DNA of 63,092 nucleotides from Elusimicrobia bacterium UBA4817 (GTDB taxonomy: Bacteria; Elusimicrobiota; UBA8919): NCBI GenBank assembly GCA_002402375.1, contig DHFT01000047.1, positions 1-63,092 on the forward strand, given 5' to 3'. The position numbers and the translations under genes are program-made. Below are positions 34,723 through 43,190 of the stretch, piece after piece (position 1 is the stretch's first letter; every line of letters begins with the position of its first letter). A model generated the notes under the pieces. That model saw nothing but the letters and a program-made list of their open reading frames with translations, ran no database searches and had not been told where the DNA came from.

Positions 34723-36069
34723 ATGCTTACTTTGTTGTGCAATGGGACGGTGATTACGCCGTCTGAGGTAATTGAAAACGGCGGGGTTTTGTTTGAAGAC
34801 GGAGTGATAAAAGATGTGGGAAATACCGACGAGGTAAGAGCAAAAGTTTTCAGAGTTTCAGAGGATAAAATTCAACTGAAAATTATTGACGCCAAGAAAA
34901 AAATAATTCTTCCGGGATTTATCAACACGCACCACCATCTGTATTCCACTTTCTCCCGCGGGATGTATATTCCGGGGACTCCTGCAAAAAACTTTGTTGA
35001 AGTTCTTGAAAAACTCTGGTGGAAACTGGACAGGGTTTTGACGGCGGAAGATATTTATTATTCCTCGTTAATCCCTTTGATTGAATGCGTGAAAAACGGC
35101 ACGACGACAATCTTTGACCATCACGAATCGCAGGAATTCCAGACCGGTTCGCTTGACGAGATTCAAAAAGCAGTGGAACAAATCGGTATCCGCGCCTGCT
35201 TGTGTCTTGGGTCGTCGGACAGATACGGGAAAGGACAGGAAGGGCTTGAAGAAAACGAAAGGTTTTTGTCAAAAATCAAAAATGAAAAACCGGAACTTAT
35301 CGCCGGCATGGTCGGGCTTCATGCACCATTCACCGTCAATAACGATACATTGGAAAAGCATGCCGCTTTGGCGAAAAAATACAAAGTAGGAATGCACATC
35401 CATTGTGCCGAGGACTTGGCTGACGAAAATGACTCCGTTGAAAAATATAAAATGCGCATTGTTGAGCGGCTGAAAAAATTCGGCGCTCTCGGTGAAAAGA
35501 CAATGCTTATTCACTGCATTCACATAGACGAAAAAGAAATGGATATAATGAAAGAAACAAAAACGAATGCGGTGCACAATCCCGAAAGCAATATGAACAA
35601 TGCGGTCGGATGTGCGGATGTTCTTACGATGCTCAAAAAAGGCATTACCGTAGGTCTTGGCACGGACGGGATGTCGTCCGATATGCTTTCGCAGATGAGA
35701 TGCGCGTATCTAATTCACCGCCACAACAAAAAAGACCCGCGGGTCGCTTTCTGCGAAGCCCCGGAAATGCTTTTGCAGAACAATTCAAAAATCGCAGAAA
35801 AAGTTTTCGGAAAAAAACTCGGAAAAATTGAAGTCGGTTCTCCGGCTGATTTGGTTGTTCTTGACTATAACCCGCCTACCCCTTTATCAAAAGACAATTT
35901 CCTGGGACACTTGATTTTCGGGATGGTGGATGCGACGGTGGATACGACAATTTGCAACGGCAGGGTTCTTATGAAAGACAAAAAACTTGAAGGCATAAAC
36001 GAAGAGCAACTCTGCCAGAAATCGCGCGAACTTTCGTCAAAATTTTGGGAAAGAATAAAAAAATTATAA
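34723..36069 (+). CDS. ssnA: SsnA-type putative aminohydrolase (amidohydrolase superfamily)
   Basis: By-eye collinear match to E. coli SsnA: INTHHHLYS, LWWKLDRVL, HAPFTV, HIHCAEDL, VHNPESNMNN, LGTDGMSSDM. Confidence 0.8.
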   Translation: MLTLLCNGTVITPSEVIENGGVLFEDGVIKDVGNTDEVRAKVFRVSEDKIQLKIIDAKKKIILPGFINTHHHLYSTFSRGMYIPGTPAKNFVEVLEKLWWKLDRVLTAEDIYYSSLIPLIECVKNGTTTIFDHHESQEFQTGSLDEIQKAVEQIGIRACLCLGSSDRYGKGQEGLEENERFLSKIKNEKPELIAGMVGLHAPFTVNNDTLEKHAALAKKYKVGMHIHCAEDLADENDSVEKYKMRIVERLKKFGALGEKTMLIHCIHIDEKEMDIMKETKTNAVHNPESNMNNAVGCADVLTMLKKGITVGLGTDGMSSDMLSQMRCAYLIHRHNKKDPRVAFCEAPEMLLQNNSKIAEKVFGKKLGKIEVGSPADLVVLDYNPPTPLSKDNFLGHLIFGMVDATVDTTICNGRVLMKDKKLEGINEEQLCQKSRELSSKFWERIKKL

Positions 36070-36071
36070 AA

Positions 36072-37496
36072 ATGCTTAAATCAAAAGATGTAGTACTTCA
36101 TTATGGCGAAAAGATTTTGTCAGATTTCATTCCGCAAAAAGTGATTGATAACGGGCAATTTTTTCCTCTGATATATCCAGAAAAACTTCCTGTTATCAAA
36201 GATATTGAAAAAAAATTGGAAGATGCGCTTGAAAAACCGGTCGGGGCTCAAAAACCTTTAAGTATTCTCATAAAAGAAAATTACCGCGGCGGCGATTTAT
36301 CAATAATAGTTGACGACCACGACAGACCGAACATCCACACCCGATTGCTTCTTCCTTATCTGGTTGACTTACTACTTACCACTTACCACTTACCACTTAC
36401 TAAAATAAAAGTTGTAATAGCAACCGGCACCCATCGTCCGTCTACCGATGAAGAACTCAAAAATATTCTGGGCATTCAAATGTTCGGCAAGTTGAATTAT
36501 GTAATTCATAAATGCAGGGAAAATAATGTTGAAGCAGGCAAAATTGACGGTTTAACGGTAAAAATCAACGGCACGGTTTTTAATTCCGATATCATAATTC
36601 CGCTGACGGATGTGGAGAACCATTATTTTGCCGGAATCGCCGGCGGGCCAAAGGCAATATGTCCTGGCATTTGCGATATGGAAACGATAACTTACGAGCA
36701 CTTAAAAATGTTCGGCGAGTGCGGGTTCGCACACAACGTTGATTTGGGAAGTATAGATGGCAACCCGGTTTTTGAGACGAAGAAAAAAATCGTAAAGGCG
36801 GTTATTGAGACGCTGAAAAAAAATAAAAGAGAGGTCTATACTATAACTTCAATCATTGATACTGACGGTGATTTGGTCCATCTTTCCGGCGGGGAAACAT
36901 TTGAAAGCCATCTTAGAGCGGCGGAAATTCTAAAAAATGTCTGGACGGTAAATATAAAAGAGCGGGCGGATATTGTTATTTCCGGCGCAAGCCACTGGGG
37001 AGTGAATCTTTACCAGATGGGCAAAGCCACCCACTGCGCATATCACGCCGTTAAAAAAGGCGGAATCGTTCTTAATGTTGCACCGTGCGAGCAAGGTTGG
37101 GGGAACGAAGAATTTAAAAATCTTATGAAGGTGGGGATGAACGAACTCAACAAAACCGACGATAAATGTAGCCCCCGATTTCAATCGGGGGTGAGCGAAG
37201 CGAATAGAATAAAACAAGCGCTGGTGAGCGTTATAAATGCCGTGAAAAAAGATTTTAAGATAGGCAGGCAAAAGCCGGTTGACCTTTTTCAGATACTGCA
37301 TTTTGTCGGGTGGGGGAATTTGCACATAATTCAGGACGGTATTCCCGAAGAAGATTTCAAATTCCTGCCTTTTGTTTTTTGGGGCGATAAATCGGAACCG
37401 GTTGAAAAACGCTTAAAGTCGTGGCTTGAAAAATATCTCGTCGGCAAGACGGTTGCAGTTGTGGATAATCCCAATTTTCTGATAAAACCTGTATGA
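36072..37496 (+). CDS. LarA-like (DUF2088) nickel-pincer-cofactor-dependent 2-hydroxyacid racemase/epimerase homologue
   Basis: IVDDHDRP, IATGTHRP and HYFAGIAGGPKAICPG (Lys in the GGxK tether position). The ATG at 36072 is 3 nt after the ssnA stop. Confidence 0.7.
   Translation: MLKSKDVVLHYGEKILSDFIPQKVIDNGQFFPLIYPEKLPVIKDIEKKLEDALEKPVGAQKPLSILIKENYRGGDLSIIVDDHDRPNIHTRLLLPYLVDLLLTTYHLPLTKIKVVIATGTHRPSTDEELKNILGIQMFGKLNYVIHKCRENNVEAGKIDGLTVKINGTVFNSDIIIPLTDVENHYFAGIAGGPKAICPGICDMETITYEHLKMFGECGFAHNVDLGSIDGNPVFETKKKIVKAVIETLKKNKREVYTITSIIDTDGDLVHLSGGETFESHLRAAEILKNVWTVNIKERADIVISGASHWGVNLYQMGKATHCAYHAVKKGGIVLNVAPCEQGWGNEEFKNLMKVGMNELNKTDDKCSPRFQSGVSEANRIKQALVSVINAVKKDFKIGRQKPVDLFQILHFVGWGNLHIIQDGIPEEDFKFLPFVFWGDKSEPVEKRLKSWLEKYLVGKTVAVVDNPNFLIKPV
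36366..36403 (+). repeat. Tandem heptamers (YACTTAC)x5 inside the LarA-like CDS
   Basis: GACTTACTACTTACCACTTACCACTTACCACTTACTAA encodes DLLLTTYHLPLT, the same peptide as at 22191..22229. Confidence 0.9.
37165..37209 (+). repeat. HP-C hairpin repeat inserted in frame in the LarA-like CDS
   Basis: AATGTAGCC-CCCGAtttcaaTCGGG-GGTGAGCGAAGCGAATAGA. Same flanks as 29523..29586, with a different but still complementary stem. Confidence 0.8.
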
Positions 37497-38998
37497 GAAT
37501 TATAGAGGGAAAGGCAAACATTATTTCCGGATTTTTAACATATTTGCAGGACGAATCAAAACTTTCGTTCGGGGATGTGGAATATCTGGCTTTCCCCGAA
37601 AACGAAAAGGATGTTTGCGAATTTCTGAAATTCTGCTCGGATAAAAATTTGCCGGTTACGGTTTCCAACGGCAAAACGGGCGTCGTCGGCGGCGCTGTGC
37701 CTGTTGCCGGCGCTTTGATGTCGCTTGAAAAGTTTAATAAGATTTTTGGGGTAAAAAGTGTCAACGGCGAATATCTCGTCCGGCTTGAAAGCGGGGTATC
37801 GCTTGATGAATTTTATAAATTTTTGGAAAATGAAAATTTTTCCGGAGGAAAATATTTTTATCCCGTTGATGTAACGGAATCAACTGCAAAAATCGGCGGG
37901 ACCGTTTCTACGAATGCCTCCGGGGAGAGAAGTTTCAAATACGGTCCGACCAGAAACTGGGTCAGGTCTTTGCGGGTTGTTTTGTCCGACGGTAATGTTT
38001 TATCAATTGAAAGAGGAAAGATTTTTGCAGATGATTATGATTTGGAAATAAAATTACCGGACGGAAGCATCAAAAAAATAAAAATTCCTCAATACAAAAT
38101 GCCTTCCGTTAAGAACGCCGCTGGTTATTATGTGAAAAAAAACATGGACTTGATAGATTTATTCATCGGCAGCGAGGGAACGCTCGGAGTGATAACCGAA
38201 GTAGAACTTGCGCTGACAAAAAAACCGGAAAACATAATGACCTTGCTTGCTTTTTTTCCGCAAGAACAAAATGCAATGAATTTCTTTTTTGAATGTAAAA
38301 AAAATCTTAAGTCGGCGGTAGTTTTTGAATATTTTGACAAGGGCGCAATGGAACTTCTAAAACCCAAAATGGCGGACCTGCCTTCGGATAAAAATGCCGC
38401 AATTTTTTTTGAAATTGAATATACCGACGAAGATTTGGAAAAAATTTCTTCCGACATAGAATTACTTCTCAAAAAAAACGGTTCGTCAATGGATAACACC
38501 TGGGGCGGTTTTGAAAAAAAAGATATTGAAAAAATAAGACAAATCAGGCATGCTATTCCTGAGACCATAAACGAAACTCTTGCCAGGACAAAACAAAAAT
38601 ATCCTGCAATTCACAAAATCTCCGCAGACATTGCAGTGCCGGCGTTAAAATTTTCGGAAATGATTTCGTATTATAAATCAGAACTTGAACCCTTAAAATT
38701 GCGATATACTTTATTCGGTCACATCGGGGAAAACCATCTCCACATGAACATTCTTCCGAGGAATAACGAAGAATTTCTTAAAGCCAAAGAACTTCATCTG
38801 GATTTTGCCGAAAAGGCAGTATCGCTGGGCGGCACCGTTTCCGCGGAACACGGAATCGGAAAAATTAAGCATCAATATTTGGAGATTATGTACGGAAAAG
38901 AAGGAATAAAACAGATGGCTGCCGTAAAAAAAGTGCTTGACCCGAAAGGCATTCTCAACAGGGGAAATATATTTAATGAGGAATATCTGAATGCGTAG
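37493..38998 (+). CDS. FAD-linked oxidase (GlcD / D-2-hydroxyacid dehydrogenase family)
   Basis: FAD_binding_4-type N-terminal half (PVTVSNGKTGVVGGAVP, GSEGTLGVITE) and a C-terminal FAD-oxidase domain (HIGENHLH, SAEHGIG). Confidence 0.8.
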   Translation: MRIIEGKANIISGFLTYLQDESKLSFGDVEYLAFPENEKDVCEFLKFCSDKNLPVTVSNGKTGVVGGAVPVAGALMSLEKFNKIFGVKSVNGEYLVRLESGVSLDEFYKFLENENFSGGKYFYPVDVTESTAKIGGTVSTNASGERSFKYGPTRNWVRSLRVVLSDGNVLSIERGKIFADDYDLEIKLPDGSIKKIKIPQYKMPSVKNAAGYYVKKNMDLIDLFIGSEGTLGVITEVELALTKKPENIMTLLAFFPQEQNAMNFFFECKKNLKSAVVFEYFDKGAMELLKPKMADLPSDKNAAIFFEIEYTDEDLEKISSDIELLLKKNGSSMDNTWGGFEKKDIEKIRQIRHAIPETINETLARTKQKYPAIHKISADIAVPALKFSEMISYYKSELEPLKLRYTLFGHIGENHLHMNILPRNNEEFLKAKELHLDFAEKAVSLGGTVSAEHGIGKIKHQYLEIMYGKEGIKQMAAVKKVLDPKGILNRGNIFNEEYLNA

Positions 38999-39833
38999 AA
39001 TATCCGCTCACAAAATTGCTGAAACTGTAAAAACTCTTCTGCTTGATGCCAATTTTTCACTTTCCCAAGATGTTTTGAAAAAAATAAAAAGCGCGTGCAA
39101 CAATGAAAAAAATCCGCGTGCAAAAATGATTTTTGAGCAAATCCTCAAAAACGAAAATATTGCCCGTCGGGAAAAAATTCCGCTCTGTCAGGATACTGGC
39201 ACGGCGGTTGTTTTTTTGGAGGTCGGTCAGGATATTCGGATTGTTGGCGGTAATTTAACTGATGCGATAAACGAAGGCGTAAGGCGGGCGTATAAAAAAG
39301 GATATTTAAGAAATTCAATTGTTTCTGACCCGCTTGAAAGAAAAAACACCGGCGACAATACGCCTGCCGTAATACATATAAAGATTGTTCCGGGAAACAA
39401 ATTAAAAATTTCTGTTCTTGCCAAGGGCGGCGGCGCCGAAAATATGTCTGCGTTAAAAATGTTTCCGCCTTCGGCAACAATTAAGGATATAAAAAATTTT
39501 ATAATTGAGACGGTAATCTCTGCCGGCGCAAACGCCTGTCCGCCGGTTGTGGTCGGTATAGGCATTGGCGGAACTTTTGATACCGTCGGCTTTCTTGCCA
39601 AAAAGTCGCTTTTAAGAGAATTAGATTCTAAAAATCCTAAAAAAATTTATCAAAAATTAGAAAAAGAAATTCTTGCCGATATAAATAAGACGGGCTTGGG
39701 TCCGATGGCTCTCGGCGGCAGAACAACGGCTCTTGCCGTTTTGATTGAAACTGCATCCACGCATATTACATCGCTTCCGGTTGCGGTAAATATTCAATGC
39801 CATGCATTAAGAAAAAAAAGTGTTGTGTTGTGA
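38991..39833 (+). CDS. Fe-S hydro-lyase alpha subunit (class I fumarate hydratase / L-tartrate dehydratase alpha type)
   Basis: PLCQDTGTAVVFLEVGQD and GGGAENMS patterns; 280 aa. Overlaps the upstream gene by 8 nt. No beta subunit gene is adjacent. Confidence 0.75.
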   Translation: MRRISAHKIAETVKTLLLDANFSLSQDVLKKIKSACNNEKNPRAKMIFEQILKNENIARREKIPLCQDTGTAVVFLEVGQDIRIVGGNLTDAINEGVRRAYKKGYLRNSIVSDPLERKNTGDNTPAVIHIKIVPGNKLKISVLAKGGGAENMSALKMFPPSATIKDIKNFIIETVISAGANACPPVVVGIGIGGTFDTVGFLAKKSLLRELDSKNPKKIYQKLEKEILADINKTGLGPMALGGRTTALAVLIETASTHITSLPVAVNIQCHALRKKSVVL

Positions 39834-39862
39834 GTCAAAATTTTATAAAATAAACTCTCTAT

Positions 39863-40435
39863 ATGGAAAAACAAAACCGGACAGTTATCATTGGTAATAT
39901 CTTATTCAAGTACAGAAGTTATTTTTTTGTTCCGATTTTGCTGCTCTTGATAATTTTTACACGCCCGCAAATATCGTTTGACTCAAAAATTGCCGATGTC
40001 TTTTTTGATATTTTCGGTTTTCTCCTCGCTTTACTTGGTTTTCTTATAAGGGTTATTGTTATCGGCTGCAAGAAACCGGGAACAAGCGGACGCGGGACGA
40101 ACATTGATGTCCAAGAGGTTGTTACCGACGGAATGTATCAGGTTTGCAGAAATCCGCTTTATTTTGCAAATTTTTTAATGTGGCTTGGTTTGACAATAAT
40201 GTGGTGGGAAATATATTTTTTTGCGGTTATCGTCGGTTTCTTTGCCGTTGAGTATTTTTTTATAATAAAAGCCGAGGAATCGTATCTGTCGGATAAGTTC
40301 GGTGCGGTGTATGATGATTATAGAAAATCTGTTCCTGCGTTTCTGCCGAGAATAAAAACTTCAGAAAACCGGACAGACCTTTTAACTGGAAGAAAGTGCT
40401 TAAAAACGAAACAAATTTACTGCTTTTTATTTTAA
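39863..40435 (+). CDS. Isoprenylcysteine carboxyl / phospholipid methyltransferase-family membrane protein (3' end possibly frameshifted)
   Basis: VTDGMYQVCRNPLYFANFLMWLG and EESYLSDKFGAVYDDYRKSVPAFLP motifs. Confidence 0.65.
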   Translation: MEKQNRTVIIGNILFKYRSYFFVPILLLLIIFTRPQISFDSKIADVFFDIFGFLLALLGFLIRVIVIGCKKPGTSGRGTNIDVQEVVTDGMYQVCRNPLYFANFLMWLGLTIMWWEIYFFAVIVGFFAVEYFFIIKAEESYLSDKFGAVYDDYRKSVPAFLPRIKTSENRTDLLTGRKCLKTKQIYCFLF

Positions 40436-40536
40436 TTTTGCTGCTGTTAATTTATATCTACGAACATAATTTGTGGAAATTCTGCGTTTCACTTTTTTAG
40501 AATTGTGAAATTGTGAAATACTGAAATGGAGGAAAA

Positions 40537-41838
40537 ATGGAAAGATTAGTCAGCGTTTTAGGAACGGTTGTGCTGGTCGGAATTGCCTGGCTTTTTTCAA
40601 TGAACAGGAAAAAAATCAACTGGAAGACGGTTGCCGTCGGCATTGCCTTACAGGTAATTCTCGCCCTGATAGTTCTGGTATCGCCTCCTGGCCGATGGTT
40701 TTTTTCTAAAATGAATGATGTTATCGTAAAAATGCTTTCATTCTCGGAAGACGGGGCGAGATTTTTATTCGGTAACCTTGTGTCAAATTATATTCCCGTC
40801 GGCGTTTTGGAAAACTATAATTTTGTTGCAACGATAAAAACAGTCGCCTACGGCGGCGCATTCTTTGCTTTTTCCGTTTTACCGACTATAATTTTCTTTT
40901 CATCATTGATGTCGGTTATGTATTATCTCGGAGTTATGCAGTTGATTGTTCTTGCTTTCGCAAAAGTTATGACGAAGTTTATGGGCGTGTCCGGCGCCGA
41001 ATCGCTTTCCTGTTCCGCAAACATTTTCGTCGGTCAAACGGAAGCGCCTCTTTTGGTAAGACCGTTTATTTCCGATATGACGAAGTCGGAACTTTTAGCG
41101 GTTATGACAGGCGGAATGGCAACTGTCGCCGGCGGAGTTATGGCTGCTTATGTCGGAATGCTGAAAGATTATTTTCCCAGCATAGCGGGTCATCTTTTAA
41201 CGGCATCGGTGATGTCCGCTCCCGCTGCACTGGTTATGGCGAAAATAATTTTACCGGAGACGGAGGAATCAAAAACGGCAGGCGTCGTAAAAATCCATTA
41301 TGAAAAAACGGATGCCAATATAATTGACGCTGCTGCAAACGGCGCCACAGTGGGACTTCAACTTGCTCTGAATGTCGCCGGCTGTCTTATTGCGTTTATG
41401 TCGCTTCTTGCGATGTTGAATTTTTTAATTGGATGGTCAGGCGGTTTATTCGGTGTTGCCGGTTTATCGCTTCAAAAAATATTCGGATTTATTTTTGCTC
41501 CGCTGGCGTGGATTATGGGTGTTCCTTGGAAGGACTGTTTTATTATCGGAAATCTGATGGGCGTTAAGACCGCTCTCAATGAATTTGTCGCATATTTTGA
41601 TTTTGCGGTATTCATCAAAGATAATCCGGGCGTGTTAGCGGAAAGGTCAATGATAATAGCGACATATGCCCTGTGCGGTTTCTCTAACTTTTTATCAATT
41701 GCAATCCAGATAGGCGGCATCGGTGGTATTGCTCCAAACAGAAGACACGATTTAGCAAAACTGGGTTTGTGGTCGGTTCTTGCAGGTTCGCTTGCCTGTT
41801 TTATGACGGCAACAATTGCAGGGATTTTGATAAAATAA
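40537..41838 (+). CDS. nupC: NupC/CNT-family concentrative nucleoside transporter
   Basis: Length, polytopic profile and CNT-family patterns (IFVGQTEAPLLVRPF, MTGGMATVAGGVMAAY, ALCGFSNF). Confidence 0.8.
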   Translation: MERLVSVLGTVVLVGIAWLFSMNRKKINWKTVAVGIALQVILALIVLVSPPGRWFFSKMNDVIVKMLSFSEDGARFLFGNLVSNYIPVGVLENYNFVATIKTVAYGGAFFAFSVLPTIIFFSSLMSVMYYLGVMQLIVLAFAKVMTKFMGVSGAESLSCSANIFVGQTEAPLLVRPFISDMTKSELLAVMTGGMATVAGGVMAAYVGMLKDYFPSIAGHLLTASVMSAPAALVMAKIILPETEESKTAGVVKIHYEKTDANIIDAAANGATVGLQLALNVAGCLIAFMSLLAMLNFLIGWSGGLFGVAGLSLQKIFGFIFAPLAWIMGVPWKDCFIIGNLMGVKTALNEFVAYFDFAVFIKDNPGVLAERSMIIATYALCGFSNFLSIAIQIGGIGGIAPNRRHDLAKLGLWSVLAGSLACFMTATIAGILIK

Positions 41839-41861
41839 GTTTTTGGAAACTATAGAATATT

Positions 41862-41922
41862 ACCACTGAAGCACTGAATTAAAGATTTTTTCTGTGTCTC
41901 CGCTTTTCCGTGTTTCAGTGGT
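41862..41922. repeat. PAL-B palindromic intergenic repeat (possible terminator of nupC)
   Basis: ACCACTGAAGCACTGAA ... TCTGTGTCTCCGCTTTTCCGTGTTTCAGTGGT. Confidence 0.55.
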
Positions 41923-41945
41923 TATGAAGTTTTCTTGATAGAGAT

Positions 41946-43172
41946 ATGACAAATGATAAAAATGTAAATTTGAAAAATTTATCGGTTCAGGAAAAGCGCG
42001 ATTTTTTGCGTTCCGCGGATAGTTCGCAAATCAAAAAGATATTCAGAAAAGTTTCGCCGTCGGAGATTGCGGAAATAATAGGCGGTTTGCCTTCCGACGA
42101 ACTGGTTGACATTCTTGAAGTTTTTCCGAAATCGCAACAGACCGAAATTCTTGAAAACATAGACACGGAAAAAGCCAGAAAGGTCTCGCAACTTCTTCTT
42201 TACGGCAAGGACACTGCCGGCGGAATGATGGCGGTTGAGTTTTCGGCATTCAATCAAAATGTTACGATTGAGGTTGTCATAGACAAAATCAGAAAGGACT
42301 CGCCGGATACAAACCGCGCATTTTACATTTATGTAGTGGATGACATGAATCGTTTATTAGGAGTTATTTCGCTCCGGGATTTAATAACAAAACCGCCTCA
42401 GACCGTTATCAGAAATATTTTGAAAAAATCGGTTGTTTCCGTCCCTCATATATTGGACCGGGAAGCGACGGCAAATTTTTTTCAGAAATATAATTTTCTT
42501 GCTATACCTGTTGTAGATGAAAAAAATTGTATTCTGGGCATTATAACCGCCGACGATGTTTCAAGAGCCGTGAGACAAGAGGCGACGGAAGATTTGATTA
42601 GAATTACCGGTATTTCTTCCGACGACCTTTCAATTGATGCACCGTTAACTCTGTCGCTCAAAAAGCGTTTGCCTTGGCTTGTATTCAATATGTTTTTAGA
42701 TGTAATCGCCGTAAGTGTCGTGGCAATTTATCAGGGAACAATTCAAGCGGTTGTTGCGATTGCTGTCTTGATGCCTGTTATTTCCGATATGAGCGGCAAC
42801 ACCGGTTTTCAGGGGCTAACGCTTATTGTCCGCGGTTTTGCATTAGGCAAAATTTCAACGAAAGATTTCTGGAAGATTTTCAGAAGGCAATCTATTCTCG
42901 GACTTATCACCGGAATCGTTTTAGGGCTTGAGGTTGCCCTATTGGCATATCTGTGGAAATGGAATCCGTATTTCGGGCTTGTCGCCGGTGCTGCGATGTT
43001 TTGCAGCATTTACATAGCGGGTTTCGTCGGAATAATGATTCCTTTATTTCTGAAATTTATAAAAGTTGACCCTGCCGTCGCAACAGGTCCCGTATTAACT
43101 ACGATTACCGACTTAACAGGGTTTTTCATTACATTATCGCTCGCCACAAAAGCAATTGATTTGATAAAGTAA
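41946..43172 (+). CDS. mgtE: Magnesium transporter MgtE (N-domain, CBS pair, TM domain)
   Basis: MgtE-N-like start, CBS pair (LGVISLRDL, LGIITADDV), and a TM domain with PVISDMSGNTG and ATGPVLTTITDLTGF. Confidence 0.85.
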   Translation: MTNDKNVNLKNLSVQEKRDFLRSADSSQIKKIFRKVSPSEIAEIIGGLPSDELVDILEVFPKSQQTEILENIDTEKARKVSQLLLYGKDTAGGMMAVEFSAFNQNVTIEVVIDKIRKDSPDTNRAFYIYVVDDMNRLLGVISLRDLITKPPQTVIRNILKKSVVSVPHILDREATANFFQKYNFLAIPVVDEKNCILGIITADDVSRAVRQEATEDLIRITGISSDDLSIDAPLTLSLKKRLPWLVFNMFLDVIAVSVVAIYQGTIQAVVAIAVLMPVISDMSGNTGFQGLTLIVRGFALGKISTKDFWKIFRRQSILGLITGIVLGLEVALLAYLWKWNPYFGLVAGAAMFCSIYIAGFVGIMIPLFLKFIKVDPAVATGPVLTTITDLTGFFITLSLATKAIDLIK

Positions 43173-43190
43173 GATTGGAGGCAAAAGTTT

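Noticed and set aside
41839-41945. An M-box (Mg2+) riboswitch upstream of mgtE.
   Set aside because: The intergenic region is only ~107 nt and is mostly occupied by a PAL-B palindrome. It has no resemblance to the multi-helix M-box architecture.
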